Positions 28,918-39,277 of a DNA stretch of 61,566 nt are shown here, piece by piece (position 1 is the first letter of the stretch; the number at the start of each line of letters is the position of its first letter). Position numbers and translations under genes: made by a program. The notes beneath the pieces are model-generated. The model had not been told where the DNA came from. It was given only the letters and a program-made list of their open reading frames with translations, and did not search any database. The DNA comes from Clostridia bacterium (lineage in GTDB: Bacteria > Bacillota > Clostridia > Acetivibrionales > JBAZRJ01): NCBI GenBank assembly GCA_041662985.1, contig JBAZRJ010000005.1:1-61566 (forward strand), in the 5' to 3' direction.

Positions 28918-28989
28918 TACATCAGTTTTTTTGCTTTATGGTAAATTACATCAGTATTTTTGCTTAACGGTAAATTACATCAGTATTTT
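28918..28989. repeat. 29-bp tandem repeat, 2 full copies plus a partial third that is the pyrC 3' end
   Basis: TACATCAGTtTTTTTGCTTtAtGGTAAAT at 28918, TACATCAGTaTTTTTGCTTaAcGGTAAAT at 28947, and TACATCAGTATTTT at 28976. The third copy contains the pyrC stop codon. Confidence 0.85.
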
Positions 28990-30261
28990 CTCCCTTACAA
29001 CAATATTTCCGCCGACTATGGTTGCATCGACGGTTCCTGTCAGTTTAAATTTATCGAACGGTGAATTTTTGCCCTTTGATGCGAATTTCTCTACGTCAAC
29101 AACCCTTTTCTCGTCAAGGTCGACTATAATAACATCGGCATCTTTTCCGATATCAAGCGTTCCTTTGTTTATCCCGAGGATTTTCGAAGGATTTACACAC
29201 ATTTTTTCGGTAATCTGCTGTATCGTAAGGTGTTTCGGTTTAAGAAGATATGTGACTGCCAGCGAAAAAGCCGTTTCAAATCCAACCATTCCATTTGCGG
29301 CATTATTAAATTCAACATTTTTTTCATCAGCGTGGTGCGGTGCATGGTCTGTGGCAATTGCATCTATTGTTCCGTCCTTTAAACCCTTTATGATTGCCTC
29401 AACGTCGCTTTTTGTTCTGAGCGGAGGATTTACCTTAGCCAATGTATTGAACCCCTCGCACGCGTCTTCAGTGAGCGTGAAATAGTGAGGACAGGTCTCG
29501 CAGGTTACGTTTACACCTCTCTTTTTGGCATTTCTGATAAGTTCAACAGAGAGTTTTGTACTCACATGAGCAATATGAACTCTCGTTTTTGTATATTCTG
29601 CAAGTATCAGTTCTCTCGCAACCATCATTTCTTCTGCGGCTGCAGGGATTCCTTTAAGTCCAAGCACAGTAGACTGATAGCCTTCATTCATCACACCTTC
29701 GTCTGCAAGGTCCATATCTTCACAGTGTGATATTACAGTCATATCAAACATCGAAGCGTACACAAGAGCCTTTTTCATAAGAGACGCACCGGGTACAGGT
29801 TTCCCGTCATCAGATATTGCAATAGCTCCCGCAAATTTCAAATCTCCGATTTCTGAAAGTTCTTCTCCCTTCTGTCCCTTCGAAATAGCTCCAATCGGAT
29901 AAACATTTACGACTCCGTCGTTTTTGGATTTGTTTATCACATATTTCACTATCGCTTCATTATCAATAATCGGGTTTGTGTTCGGCATGCATGCAATAGA
30001 AGTAAATCCGCCCAATGCCGCGCTTTTGGTTCCGCTTTCAATGTCTTCCTTGTATTCAAATCCCGGATCCCTTAAGTGGCAATGCATATCAACCAGTCCG
30101 GGAAGAACATATTTGCCTTTCGCATCAATAACTTCAACGTTTTTCACGTCTATTTTTTCACATACGTCGCTAATTATTCCGTCTTTGATCATTACATCGC
30201 AGATTTTATCCAAACCTGACGCAACGTCGATTACATGACCGTTCTTAATCAATATTCTCAT
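28975..30261 (-). CDS. pyrC: dihydroorotase
   Basis: 428 aa; [10 protein letters not shown] metal-binding motif, amidohydrolase fold. Confidence 0.95.
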   Translation of the reverse strand: MRILIKNGHVIDVASGLDKICDVMIKDGIISDVCEKIDVKNVEVIDAKGKYVLPGLVDMHCHLRDPGFEYKEDIESGTKSAALGGFTSIACMPNTNPIIDNEAIVKYVINKSKNDGVVNVYPIGAISKGQKGEELSEIGDLKFAGAIAISDDGKPVPGASLMKKALVYASMFDMTVISHCEDMDLADEGVMNEGYQSTVLGLKGIPAAAEEMMVARELILAEYTKTRVHIAHVSTKLSVELIRNAKKRGVNVTCETCPHYFTLTEDACEGFNTLAKVNPPLRTKSDVEAIIKGLKDGTIDAIATDHAPHHADEKNVEFNNAANGMVGFETAFSLAVTYLLKPKHLTIQQITEKMCVNPSKILGINKGTLDIGKDADVIIVDLDEKRVVDVEKFASKGKNSPFDKFKLTGTVDATIVGGNIVVREKILM

Positions 30262-31183
30262 TGTTGTCCCTCCTTGTTAAAAGGTATAGAAGAGCCATCC
30301 TTATTGCCACTCCGTTTGTGACCTGTTCATTAATCAATGACTTATTTCCGTCTATCACTTCCGTTGAAATCTCAATCCCTCTGTTCACAGGGCCGGGATG
30401 CAGAACAATCGCATCAGCTTTCGCAAGCAATAATCTTTTTTCGTCAAGTCCGAATAGCTTCGAATATTCTCTGATTGACGGGAACAGCCCCTTCTTTTGC
30501 CTCTCTAATTGGATTCTCAAACCCATTACAACATCGGCGTCTATTAAAGCCTCCTGAACAGAGTTGAAAACCTTTACACCCATGTTTTCTAAGTATGGTG
30601 GCATAAGAGTTGAAGGTCCTGCAACGCAGACTTCGGCGCCAAGTTTTAGCATTCCCCAAATATTGCTTCTTGCAACTCTGCTGTGGAATATATCTCCTAT
30701 AATCGCAATCTTCAAACCCTTCATACTTCCTTTTTTCTCAACTATTGTGAAGATATCCAGAAGCGCCTGGGTTGGATGCTCATTCATTCCGTCGCCTGCA
30801 TTTATTACAGATGCACTGACATTCTCGGCCAAAAGTTTCGGCGCTCCCGACATTGGGTGCCTGAGAATAATAATATCTGAGCCCATCATGTCAATTGTTT
30901 TTCCGGTATCGATAAGCGTCTCACCTTTTGCTATGCTGCTTCCGTTGGCTGAAATGTTGGCTGCGTTTGCGCTCAGATATTTTGCGGCAAGTTCAAAGGA
31001 TAATCTTGTTCTTGTGCTGTTTTCATAGAATAATGTTATAACCGACTTCCCCTGAAGATGAGGAGCCTTCTTGTTTTTTGTCATTAATATATATTTCATC
31101 GTCTTCGCAGTTTCAAGTATATACTCGATCTCTTCCGCCGAAAGATCTCTTAACCCGAGTAAATCCTTAGATTTGAGGAACAT
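30245..31183 (-). CDS. pyrB: aspartate carbamoyltransferase catalytic subunit
   Basis: STRTR carbamoyl-phosphate motif and HPxQ. Confidence 0.96.
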   Translation of the reverse strand: MFLKSKDLLGLRDLSAEEIEYILETAKTMKYILMTKNKKAPHLQGKSVITLFYENSTRTRLSFELAAKYLSANAANISANGSSIAKGETLIDTGKTIDMMGSDIIILRHPMSGAPKLLAENVSASVINAGDGMNEHPTQALLDIFTIVEKKGSMKGLKIAIIGDIFHSRVARSNIWGMLKLGAEVCVAGPSTLMPPYLENMGVKVFNSVQEALIDADVVMGLRIQLERQKKGLFPSIREYSKLFGLDEKRLLLAKADAIVLHPGPVNRGIEISTEVIDGNKSLINEQVTNGVAIRMALLYLLTRRDNNENID

Positions 31184-31230
31184 TTTTATCCCACCTTTAA
31201 TTTATTTAACCTGTTTTCATGTTTATCCGC

Positions 31231-31258
31231 AAAAAAATAGTAAGGACTAATCCCTACT
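31231..31258 (-). terminator. intrinsic terminator/attenuator 3 nt after the pyrR stop
   Basis: The minus strand reads AGTAGGGA-TTAG-TCCTTACT followed by ATTTTTTTG. Confidence 0.65.
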
Positions 31259-31260
31259 AA

Positions 31261-31815
31261 TCAATTCAATATTATTTTTTCAATGTCACTTATTGTCACA
31301 ATGTTTATTCCGTCTATATCGTCAACTTTAACATTGATTATTTCGGTTTTTGACGTCGGAACATTTTTGCCGACATAATCCGCTCTAATCGGCAGTTCTC
31401 TGTGACCGCGGTCTATCAGTATGGCCAGTTGTATCATTTTCGGTCTTTCTATATCAAGTATTGCGTCAATTGCTGCTCTTGCAGTTCTTCCCGTGAACAT
31501 AACGTCATCAACAAGTATAACTTTTTTCCCTGTCATTCTGAAACCAATCTCCGTTCCATTAATAATAGGATGTTCAGCCAGCATACTCAAATCGTCTCTG
31601 TACAATGTAATGTCTAAAAATCCAACCGGCACTGCCTTGCCCTCAACCTCTTCAATCTTTTTGGCAAGCATCTTTGCGAGAGGCACTCCGCGTCGTTGAA
31701 TTCCTATCAGAACAACTTCATTGACTCCCTTATTTTTCTCAATTATCTCGTGTGAAATTCTTGTTATGGCTCTTACCATTGAGTTTTCGTCCATTATTTC
31801 TGCCTTGTCAATCAT
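31261..31815 (-). CDS. pyrR: bifunctional pyr mRNA-binding attenuation protein / uracil phosphoribosyltransferase
   Basis: 184 aa; [21 protein letters not shown] motif; first gene of the pyr operon. Confidence 0.95.
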   Translation of the reverse strand: MIDKAEIMDENSMVRAITRISHEIIEKNKGVNEVVLIGIQRRGVPLAKMLAKKIEEVEGKAVPVGFLDITLYRDDLSMLAEHPIINGTEIGFRMTGKKVILVDDVMFTGRTARAAIDAILDIERPKMIQLAILIDRGHRELPIRADYVGKNVPTSKTEIINVKVDDIDGINIVTISDIEKIILN

Positions 31816-31880
31816 TGTTCACACCTCCAAAACCTGCTGCCATCGGTCTTCTTTTAACATATCCTTATTTACTGTAAATA

Positions 31881-31913
31881 TCAAAAAAACTTCTCGCCGT
31901 AAGGCAAGAAGTT
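31881..31913 (-). terminator. pyr leader attenuator terminator
   Basis: The minus strand reads AACTTCTTGCC-TTAC-GGCGAGAAGTT followed by TTTTTTGA. It lies about 45 nt downstream of the PyrR box. Confidence 0.8.
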
Positions 31914-31955
31914 AATATTATTTGAAATAATATAAAGACATTTTATTAACTGCTA

Positions 31956-31975
31956 CCTTTAGGCCTCTCTGGACT
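31956..31975 (-). promoter_or_regulatory. PyrR-binding loop (anti-antiterminator) in the pyr leader
   Basis: The minus strand reads AGTCCAGAGAGGCCTAAAGG. This matches the conserved ARUCCAGAGAGGYU PyrR recognition motif and is closed by the stem CCTTTA/TAAAGG. Confidence 0.85.
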
Positions 31976-32006
31976 TTATTAAAGGTTTTCTTATTCAATT
32001 TGTATG

Positions 32007-32035
32007 ATTATATCACAATTAATTTTTATTGTCTA
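32007..32035 (-). promoter_or_regulatory. pyr operon promoter (TAGACA-17-TGaTATAAT)
   Basis: Read on the minus strand just upstream of the leader. Confidence 0.6.
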
Positions 32036-32074
32036 TAAAAATGGAAATATTTTTATGGAATTTTTGTTGTTCTA

Positions 32075-32989
32075 TCATTTAATTGCCCTTAGATATTCCA
32101 ACAATTTTTCGAAATATTCCGGCAAAGGTGAATCAAATTCAACATATTCACCCGTGGTCGGGTGCTTAAATCCCAAAAGCTTTGCATGAAGCGCCTGACC
32201 TCTGAATTCAAGATCTTTTCTCTTCTTGCCGTAGACTTCATCACCGATAACAGGATGATTTATATATGCCATATGAACTCTAATCTGATGAGTTCTCCCC
32301 GTTTCCAATGTAACCTCAATGAAAGTTGAATCGCGAAATCTTTCAATGACTCTGAAATGCGTCGTTGCGTTTCTTCCGTGATTAACATTGACAGACATTT
32401 TTTTTCTGTCAACAGTGTGCCTTCCGATTGGCGCTTCTATCCTTCCGGTCTCTTCGCTTATAATCCCGTCAACAACAGCCATATAAACTCTTTCAATATC
32501 ATGTGTTTTGAAAATTTCAGATAGTTTTTCGTGCGCCTTATTGTTTTTCGCAATGACAAGAACTCCTGATGTATCCTTATCAATTCTGTGGACTATTCCG
32601 GGGCGGATAATGCCGTTAATATCGGAAAGAGATCCTTTATTGTGGTACATTAACGCATTTACGAGTGTTCCCGTGTAATTGCCCGCTGCGGGATGAACGA
32701 CCATTCCCTTTGCTTTATTTACAACAATTATATCGTCATCTTCGTACATAACGCTGATATCTATGTTTTCAGGCTCAATATCAAGAATTTTTGCATCGGG
32801 AATCCGCACAACAATTTTTTCGCCGGCTTTTAGCTTATAATTAACTTTAACCGGCTTATCCGAAACACTTACAAGCTGTTCGTCAATAAGCTTCTTTATA
32901 TATGTCCTCGAATAATTCTGAAGCTTTCCGGTCAGAAATAAATCGATTCTTTTGTTTTCCTCATCTGAGATGATTTCAATTATTTGCAT
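32075..32989 (-). CDS. rluD: 23S rRNA pseudouridine synthase, RluD/RluA family
   Basis: S4 domain N-terminus, HRIDKDTSG catalytic Asp motif. Start is ambiguous: ATG 32989 or GTG 32998. Confidence 0.9.
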   Translation of the reverse strand: MQIIEIISDEENKRIDLFLTGKLQNYSRTYIKKLIDEQLVSVSDKPVKVNYKLKAGEKIVVRIPDAKILDIEPENIDISVMYEDDDIIVVNKAKGMVVHPAAGNYTGTLVNALMYHNKGSLSDINGIIRPGIVHRIDKDTSGVLVIAKNNKAHEKLSEIFKTHDIERVYMAVVDGIISEETGRIEAPIGRHTVDRKKMSVNVNHGRNATTHFRVIERFRDSTFIEVTLETGRTHQIRVHMAYINHPVIGDEVYGKKRKDLEFRGQALHAKLLGFKHPTTGEYVEFDSPLPEYFEKLLEYLRAIK

Positions 32990-33056
32990 CCCGACCACTT
33001 TCTTTTAATTATTTTTTTGTTTAATTTATTTTTCGCAATTCCTTAACTAAAATTCT

Positions 33057-33518
33057 CTACCCTGATGCTTTATCTTTTTCTTTGTATATGAATATCAAAT
33101 AAAACGCAAGCAACGCGGTTCCAACTACAATAAAAGTATCAGCCGGATTGAATATAAAAAAGTGGCGTCCCATTATCTGAAAATCGAGAAAGTCGACGAC
33201 ATTTCCCCTGAAAATCCTGTCAATCAAGTTTCCAAGTGCACCGCCCAAAATAAACGAAAGTGAAAGACTCATAAAATTTGATTTGCTTTTGATTAAAAAA
33301 CGTACCACAAAAACAGAAATAACAATCATTACAGGTATTAACACATAGTTCATGTTTTGAAAAATACTAAAAGCAACTCCTGTATTTTCAACGTAAGTAA
33401 GCTGAAAAAAATCCTTTATTATAACTAGGGAGGAACCGCCCTGAATATTCGCTACAACAAAGTACTTTAAAAGCTGATCCACTGAGGTGATTCCAAGAAT
33501 TATGATAATCCAAACCAT
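33057..33518 (-). CDS. lspA: lipoprotein signal peptidase II
   Basis: 153 aa, 4 TM helices, GNLIDR and VVDF motifs. Confidence 0.92.
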   Translation of the reverse strand: MVWIIIILGITSVDQLLKYFVVANIQGGSSLVIIKDFFQLTYVENTGVAFSIFQNMNYVLIPVMIVISVFVVRFLIKSKSNFMSLSLSFILGGALGNLIDRIFRGNVVDFLDFQIMGRHFFIFNPADTFIVVGTALLAFYLIFIYKEKDKASG

Positions 33519-33544
33519 TATTCATCTCTCCTTTTTTAAAGCCT

Positions 33545-35215
33545 TCAGAATGTACTCACATTAAGATACCAATTCGGCAAATCATTGAATCTGTTCCAGG
33601 TACAAGGACTTAAAATGCCGCTTACTCTTCTGCTGTATAAAACAGCATCATTATAGAAGTAAAGTCCTATATACGGCACTTCCTGATTAATTATATTAAA
33701 CATATCGGAATATAATGTTTTCTTCTTTGAGCTATCATTTTCTAAATTAATTTTATTAAGCAATTCATCAACCGCAGCATTGCTGTAACCTGAAACATTT
33801 AGTCCCGTAGCAATATCCTTAGTCGAGTATGCAAAAGAAACATCGGGAATCGATGAAATCTCCCAGCCCAAAATCGCCATATCGTAATTTTTGTTTCTGA
33901 TTAAACTGTTTTCGCTATCCCAGTCAACGCTTTTTACTGTCACATTTATTCCGACAGTCTTTAGCTGAGCTGCAATTTTATTTGCAACATTAAGCCTGAT
34001 TTTATTACCGCTGTTTACAAGAAGTTCAAAATTAAGAGTTGTATATGAACCGTTTATGTATTTGTGCAACACACCGCTTCCATTGTCTGACCAGCCTGCA
34101 TTTGCGAGTATGCTCTTTGCTTTGGAAGCATTGTTTGAAGTCATAACAAAATTTGAGCCTGCCAGCCATGAATTACTCACAATCGGATAATCCGCCTGTA
34201 TCGCTTTGCCCGAAAGTACAGAGCCGATAATTTTAGATTTATTGATAGCATAAGATATTGCCTGTCTGACATTCGGATCACTCAAGGCTCTGTTTGTAAC
34301 ATTCAATGAAACAAATTCGAAGTTTTTATTTTGATATTTATTGACAGTCAAATCATATCTCCCAAAGTATTTTCCGCACTCGTCTGTATAAATAAACGCA
34401 ACATCAATATCTTTTGCCTGAATTGCCTTAATCGCATTTATCCCGTTTTTATAGAGCTTGACATCAAGTTCCTTGATAAACGGAACACTCAAACCATTGA
34501 CCGAAGAAACGTTCGATTTCCACCAGCCGGTGTTTTCTTCCAAAATAATTTCGCTTTTTTCGTAATAGGCTTTAAAACTGTATGGCCCCGTTCCAACAGG
34601 ATTTTTATTAGCGGTTGATGACATTGTATAAAAATCGCCGTCTGAATAAGCTTTCTTTGAAATTATCGGGAAAGTCATTAGCTCGGGAGTAAAAGAATAA
34701 GGGGTTTTTAAAACAATCTTAATAGTATATCTGTCCGTCGCAGCTATAGTCGCTATATTTTCAACATTCATTTTATATACGGTATCTACACCGCTGTTCA
34801 TAATTGTGGATATTGTATATTCAACATCCTCAGAAGTCAGATTCGTATCATCCTGGAATTTAACGTTTTTTCTTATATTAAAAGTCCAGATTAAACCATC
34901 AGAAGAAACTTTCCAGCTTTCAGCCAATGCCCCCATAGGTTTTTGTTCATAATCCAAAAACACCAAACCTTCAAATACATTTTTTAAAATATCCTGAACA
35001 TATTTATTTTTTGTAATTATTGGATTTAAAGTATCCGGATATGTCGAAAACAATCTAATAACTCCGCCTTTAAGAGGTGTTTCATTATTGACAATGTTCG
35101 TTGTGCTGCTGCTGTTTTGAACATTACCGGTAGTTTCTTTACTGAATAATGTACACGAACTGACGGCAATCGAAATTGATATTATCAGAAGAAGAAAAGA
35201 AAATCTTTTTTTCAA
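33545..35215 (-). CDS. ABC-type peptide/nickel (family 5) solute-binding lipoprotein, orphan
   Basis: Lipobox AVSSC after MKKRFSFLLLIISISI. The TTG start at 35215 follows AAGGGTGGA. The upstream ORF-track start sits in a TATAAT-like element. No permease or ATPase genes are adjacent. Confidence 0.8.
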   Translation of the reverse strand: MKKRFSFLLLIISISIAVSSCTLFSKETTGNVQNSSSTTNIVNNETPLKGGVIRLFSTYPDTLNPIITKNKYVQDILKNVFEGLVFLDYEQKPMGALAESWKVSSDGLIWTFNIRKNVKFQDDTNLTSEDVEYTISTIMNSGVDTVYKMNVENIATIAATDRYTIKIVLKTPYSFTPELMTFPIISKKAYSDGDFYTMSSTANKNPVGTGPYSFKAYYEKSEIILEENTGWWKSNVSSVNGLSVPFIKELDVKLYKNGINAIKAIQAKDIDVAFIYTDECGKYFGRYDLTVNKYQNKNFEFVSLNVTNRALSDPNVRQAISYAINKSKIIGSVLSGKAIQADYPIVSNSWLAGSNFVMTSNNASKAKSILANAGWSDNGSGVLHKYINGSYTTLNFELLVNSGNKIRLNVANKIAAQLKTVGINVTVKSVDWDSENSLIRNKNYDMAILGWEISSIPDVSFAYSTKDIATGLNVSGYSNAAVDELLNKINLENDSSKKKTLYSDMFNIINQEVPYIGLYFYNDAVLYSRRVSGILSPCTWNRFNDLPNWYLNVSTF

Positions 35216-35308
35216 TCTTAATCCACCCTTTTGCAAGATTTGATTATACTCCAAAACACTTGTATATCAAGGATAATGATATCATATTATTTGTATATTC
35301 TCAATTTG

Positions 35309-35375
35309 ATAAAAAAATAACTTCATTTTTAGATTCATAAATTTTAATAGTGAAATCTAAAATAAAGTTATTTTT
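35309..35375 (-). terminator. long AT-rich interrupted hairpin plus T-tract after spoVS
   Basis: AAATAACTT (35315-35323) pairs with AAGTTATTT (35365-35373). Inner arms are TTAGATT/AATCTAA. A run of T follows on the minus strand. Confidence 0.4.
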
Positions 35376-35393
35376 CTATACTGCTTAAAATTC

Positions 35394-35657
35394 TTATTGT
35401 CTCATTTCAACAACAATTCTAATGGCGGTTCTTTCCTCGCCATCAATTTCGACATCTGCAAAAGCCGGAATACAAATAAGGTCAATACCTGATGGTGCAA
35501 CAAATCCTCTTGCAATCGCGACACCTTTAATTGCCTGATTTAGTGCGCCGGCCCCTATTGCCTGCATTTCTGCCGTTCCATGTTCTCGTACAACACCTGC
35601 TATGGCACCTGCAATTGAGTTTGGATTGGATTTTGATGAAATTCTTAGTATGTCCAC
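35394..35657 (-). CDS. spoVS: stage V sporulation protein S
   Basis: 87 aa; ISSKSNPNSIAGAIAGVVREHG...QAIGAGALNQAIKGVAIARGF is close to identical in pattern to SpoVS. GTG start after GGAGG. Confidence 0.95.
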   Translation of the reverse strand: MDILRISSKSNPNSIAGAIAGVVREHGTAEMQAIGAGALNQAIKGVAIARGFVAPSGIDLICIPAFADVEIDGEERTAIRIVVEMRQ

Positions 35658-35791
35658 TTTGTAACCTCCTAAAATATTCTAAATGATAGTATTCCACAAA
35701 AATAATAAATACCCTTTTTAATTTACTTATTTTCATAATTTTACTATCATCTCTATATTTTGTAAAGGTTTATTATCAATTATATTTATTT

Positions 35792-36571
35792 TTATTTAAT
35801 TATTTGATTGAATCTTTCGATTTTTATTGTCTTTCCGTTTTTTTCATCGATTTCCAGAATTACAGAATTGAATTGAATTCTTCCTTTTGCTAATTCGTGC
35901 CTGATAGGCATGTGTGTCAAAAATCTATTTAAAATAATATCCTTATCAACGCCGATTATTCCATCATGAGGGCCTGTCATTCCAACATCTGTTATAAATG
36001 CAGTTCCAAACGGCAATATTCTTTCATCCGAGGTTTGAACATGTGTATGCGTACCCAGTACGCAGCTGACCTTACCGTCCAAATGCCATGCAACAGCACA
36101 TTTTTCGGACGATGCTTCTGCGTGCATATCAACTATTATAACCTTTGTGGATTTTTTAAGCTCTTTGATCTCCTTCTCCGCCGATTTGAAAGGCGAATCA
36201 ATGCCTTCCATGAATATTCGGCCCATTATATTCAATATTCCTATTGAAGCCGAACCATTTGAAATTATTGTCGAACCCTTTCCGGGTAATTCTTCCGGAT
36301 AATTCGCAGGTCTGACTATTTTATTGTCTTCGTCGATAAAAGTTAAGACTTCTGACTTTGACCAAACATGGTTTCCCATAGTAAGCGCGTCTATTCCCGA
36401 AGAATATAATTCCTGTGCGACTACATAGGTTATACCTTTGCCTCCCGCGGCATTTTCTCCGTTTGCAATGCAAAAGTCAATGGAATTTTCTTTTTTAATT
36501 TCCGGTAAAATCTGTTTAATGATTTTTCTGCCCGGACTGCCGACCACATCACCTATAAAAAGTACTTTCAA
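35792..36571 (-). CDS. ymdB: YmdB-family metallophosphoesterase (2',3'-cyclic-nucleotide phosphodiesterase)
   Basis: MKVLFIGDVVGSPGR ... GNHVW ... conserved placement downstream of rny. Confidence 0.9.
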   Translation of the reverse strand: MKVLFIGDVVGSPGRKIIKQILPEIKKENSIDFCIANGENAAGGKGITYVVAQELYSSGIDALTMGNHVWSKSEVLTFIDEDNKIVRPANYPEELPGKGSTIISNGSASIGILNIMGRIFMEGIDSPFKSAEKEIKELKKSTKVIIVDMHAEASSEKCAVAWHLDGKVSCVLGTHTHVQTSDERILPFGTAFITDVGMTGPHDGIIGVDKDIILNRFLTHMPIRHELAKGRIQFNSVILEIDEKNGKTIKIERFNQIIK

Positions 36572-36650
36572 AAAACCCGCACCACCTTTTTTACAAAATA
36601 ATAAAAAGCGTTTTTACACGCTTTTTATTATATCATAATTACTTTAAATG

Positions 36651-38231
36651 CTATTTTGCATAATCAATCGCTCTGGTTTCCCTGATAACATTAACCTTAA
36701 TCTGTCCGGGATAATCAAGCTCATCTTCAATCTTTTTCACTATCTCTCTTGCTTTTAGAGTTATCTCATCATCCGATATAGCTTCAGGTTTGACAATTAT
36801 TCGAATTTCACGTCCTGCCTGTATTGCATAGCTCTTTTCAACACCTTCAAACGAATTTGCTATCTCTTCAAGCTTCTCAATGCGCTTGATGTACGATTCC
36901 AGTGTTTCGCGTCTTGCACCGGGCCTTGCGGCAGATATTGAATCTGCTGCCTGCACAAGAACTGCAATCAATGATGTCGGTTCAACGTCTCCGTGATGCG
37001 AAAGAATTGCGTTAATAATAACATCATTTTCTTTATACTTCTTGGCAACGTCTCCGCCGATTGTAACATGCGATCCTTCAACTTCATGGTCAATGGCTTT
37101 TCCGATATCGTGCAGAAGTCCGGCTCTCTTGGCCAAAATAACATCTGCTCCCAATTCGGCCGCCATTATTCCGGCCAAATGCGATACTTCAATTGAATGA
37201 TTTAATACATTTTGTCCATAACTTGTTCTGAACTTTAACTTACCTATCAACTTGATTATTTCCGGATGCAATGAGTGAACTCCGGTTTCAAATGAAGCTC
37301 TGTCACCCTCCTGACGGATAGTAACGTCAACCTCTTTCTTAGCCTTCTCAACCATTTCTTCAATCCTTGCAGGATGTATTCTGCCATCCAAAATCAGTTT
37401 CTCGAGTGTAATTCTTGCTATTTCTCTTCTGATTGGATCAAATCCTGACAGGATAACCGCTTCAGGTGTATCATCGATTATTAAATCAATGCCTGTGAGA
37501 GTCTCAAGCGTTCTGATATTTCTGCCCTCACGTCCGATAATTCGGCCCTTCATCTCGTCATTAGGAAGTGGAACAACCGAAACTGTTGCTTCTGCGACAT
37601 GATCTGCGGCACATTTCTGAATTGCTGTGGCAACTATATCTCTTGCCTTTCCGTCAGCTTCTTCCTTTGCCTTGGATTCGATATCCTTAATTAAAACAGC
37701 GGCTTCGTGCTTGACTTCGTTTTCAATGTTCTTTAACAGGTACGCTTTCGCATCATCTATGGATAACCCTGAAATTCTTTCAAGTTCGTCCATCTGCTTT
37801 TTGTATAGCTCATCAATTTTGTCCTGTACCAGTTGAATATCTTTTCCTTTCTTTGCTATCAGTTCTTCCTTTTGTTCCAGTGCTTCAACTTTTTTATCAA
37901 GAGTTTCTTCTTTTTGGACAAGTCTGTTTTCCTGTCTCTGAATTTCTACTCTTCTCTCTTTTATTTCTCTGTCTAAATCAATTCTGCTTCTGTGTATTTC
38001 CTCCTTGGCTTCAAGGAGTGCTTCACGTTTTTTGCTCTCTGCAACCTTTTGCGCCTCACTTAACATTCGCTTGGATTCTTGCTCAGCACTTCCTATCTCT
38101 GCCTCTGCAATTTTTTTTCTATGTTCAATACCCTTGCGGAAAAATATAAATGAAGCAATTACTGCAATCACAAGACATAATACATATCCTATGATTATTA
38201 AAACAATATTAATAGTATTAATAGCACACAC
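36651..38231 (-). CDS. rny: ribonuclease Y
   Basis: N-terminal TM helix, coiled coil, KH ([11 protein letters not shown]) and HD (LLHDIGKA) domains. The annotated GTG abuts the SD GAGGAGG, so the real start may be a few codons in. Confidence 0.94.
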   Translation of the reverse strand: MCAINTINIVLIIIGYVLCLVIAVIASFIFFRKGIEHRKKIAEAEIGSAEQESKRMLSEAQKVAESKKREALLEAKEEIHRSRIDLDREIKERRVEIQRQENRLVQKEETLDKKVEALEQKEELIAKKGKDIQLVQDKIDELYKKQMDELERISGLSIDDAKAYLLKNIENEVKHEAAVLIKDIESKAKEEADGKARDIVATAIQKCAADHVAEATVSVVPLPNDEMKGRIIGREGRNIRTLETLTGIDLIIDDTPEAVILSGFDPIRREIARITLEKLILDGRIHPARIEEMVEKAKKEVDVTIRQEGDRASFETGVHSLHPEIIKLIGKLKFRTSYGQNVLNHSIEVSHLAGIMAAELGADVILAKRAGLLHDIGKAIDHEVEGSHVTIGGDVAKKYKENDVIINAILSHHGDVEPTSLIAVLVQAADSISAARPGARRETLESYIKRIEKLEEIANSFEGVEKSYAIQAGREIRIIVKPEAISDDEITLKAREIVKKIEDELDYPGQIKVNVIRETRAIDYAK

Positions 38232-38362
38232 CTCCTCAATATTCAGTTTTCAATGCTCATTTTTCATAAATATCATTTTTTAAGACAAAGCAAACTGCTT
38301 CTAATTTAATAATTAATTAGATTTCTAACTAATTTTAAACTTTTTTGATTTTTCTGTCAAGA

Positions 38363-39220
38363 TTATATAATACTCTCATTTTGCAAGATTGCAGCCAAAA
38401 CAGTATTTTTCATCAGGATTGCTCTTGTCATTGGTCCGACTCCACCCGGAACTGGTGTAATAAAAGAAGCGACCTTTGACACGGATTCAAATTCGACATC
38501 CCCGACTAATCTGTCGTCAAGTCTGTTCATTCCAACATCTATTACAATTGCGCCTTCTTTAATATAATTCTCATTAATAAACTCAGCTTTTCCAATTGCA
38601 GCAACAACTATATCTCCGCGTTTGCATACCTCCTTTAGATTTTTTGTTTTCGAATGACATACGGTTACAGTTCCATTTAGTGCCAAAAGCATCATAGCAG
38701 TTGGTTTTCCGACAATATTGCTTCTCCCGACTACGACACATTCCTTACCGGAAATATCAATTCCTGTCGTACGAATCAGTTCAATGATTCCGGCAGGTGT
38801 GCAAGGCAAAAACAGCGGTCTTCCTGTTGAAAGTCTGCCAACGTTCATCGGATGAAAACAATCGGCATCCTTACCCGGATTGATTGAACAAATAACTTTA
38901 TCTTCTTTTATATGCTTCGGAAGCGGAAGCTGAACTAATATCCCGTTCACCTTCGAATCAACATTCAACCGTTCTATTAATTCAATTAAGTCCTTCTCTG
39001 ACGTATCTTCTGGCAGAGAATACTCAAATGATTCAATTCCAATTTCTTCGCAATCGCATTTTTTTCGTTTGACATAAATTTTTGATGCAGGGTCTTCACC
39101 GACAATAATGACTGCAAGACCCGGAATTATTGACCTCTGCTTTAATTGCATTACTTTTTTTGCCAAATCGTGTTTTATTTCTTTCGCTAATTTTTTTCCG
39201 TCAATTATTTTTGCGGACAT
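38363..39220 (-). CDS. folD: bifunctional 5,10-methylene-THF dehydrogenase/cyclohydrolase
   Basis: 285 aa; VQLPLP, GRSNIVGKP, PVPGGVGPMT. Confidence 0.95.
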   Translation of the reverse strand: MSAKIIDGKKLAKEIKHDLAKKVMQLKQRSIIPGLAVIIVGEDPASKIYVKRKKCDCEEIGIESFEYSLPEDTSEKDLIELIERLNVDSKVNGILVQLPLPKHIKEDKVICSINPGKDADCFHPMNVGRLSTGRPLFLPCTPAGIIELIRTTGIDISGKECVVVGRSNIVGKPTAMMLLALNGTVTVCHSKTKNLKEVCKRGDIVVAAIGKAEFINENYIKEGAIVIDVGMNRLDDRLVGDVEFESVSKVASFITPVPGGVGPMTRAILMKNTVLAAILQNESII

Positions 39221-39277
39221 GATATTTTTAATCCTTCCTGCTCGTTTTGTTCGGTCTTAATATTCTAAACATTCGAC

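Noticed and set aside
28918-28989. Regularly spaced 29-bp repeats, considered as a mini CRISPR array.
   Set aside because: The copies are contiguous with no spacers. There are only about 2.5 of them, one is the pyrC coding end, and no cas genes are present.
35527-35736. A 69-aa ORF overlapping spoVS.
   Set aside because: It is an alternative frame of the highly conserved spoVS gene and its promoter, and it is Arg/Cys-rich nonsense.
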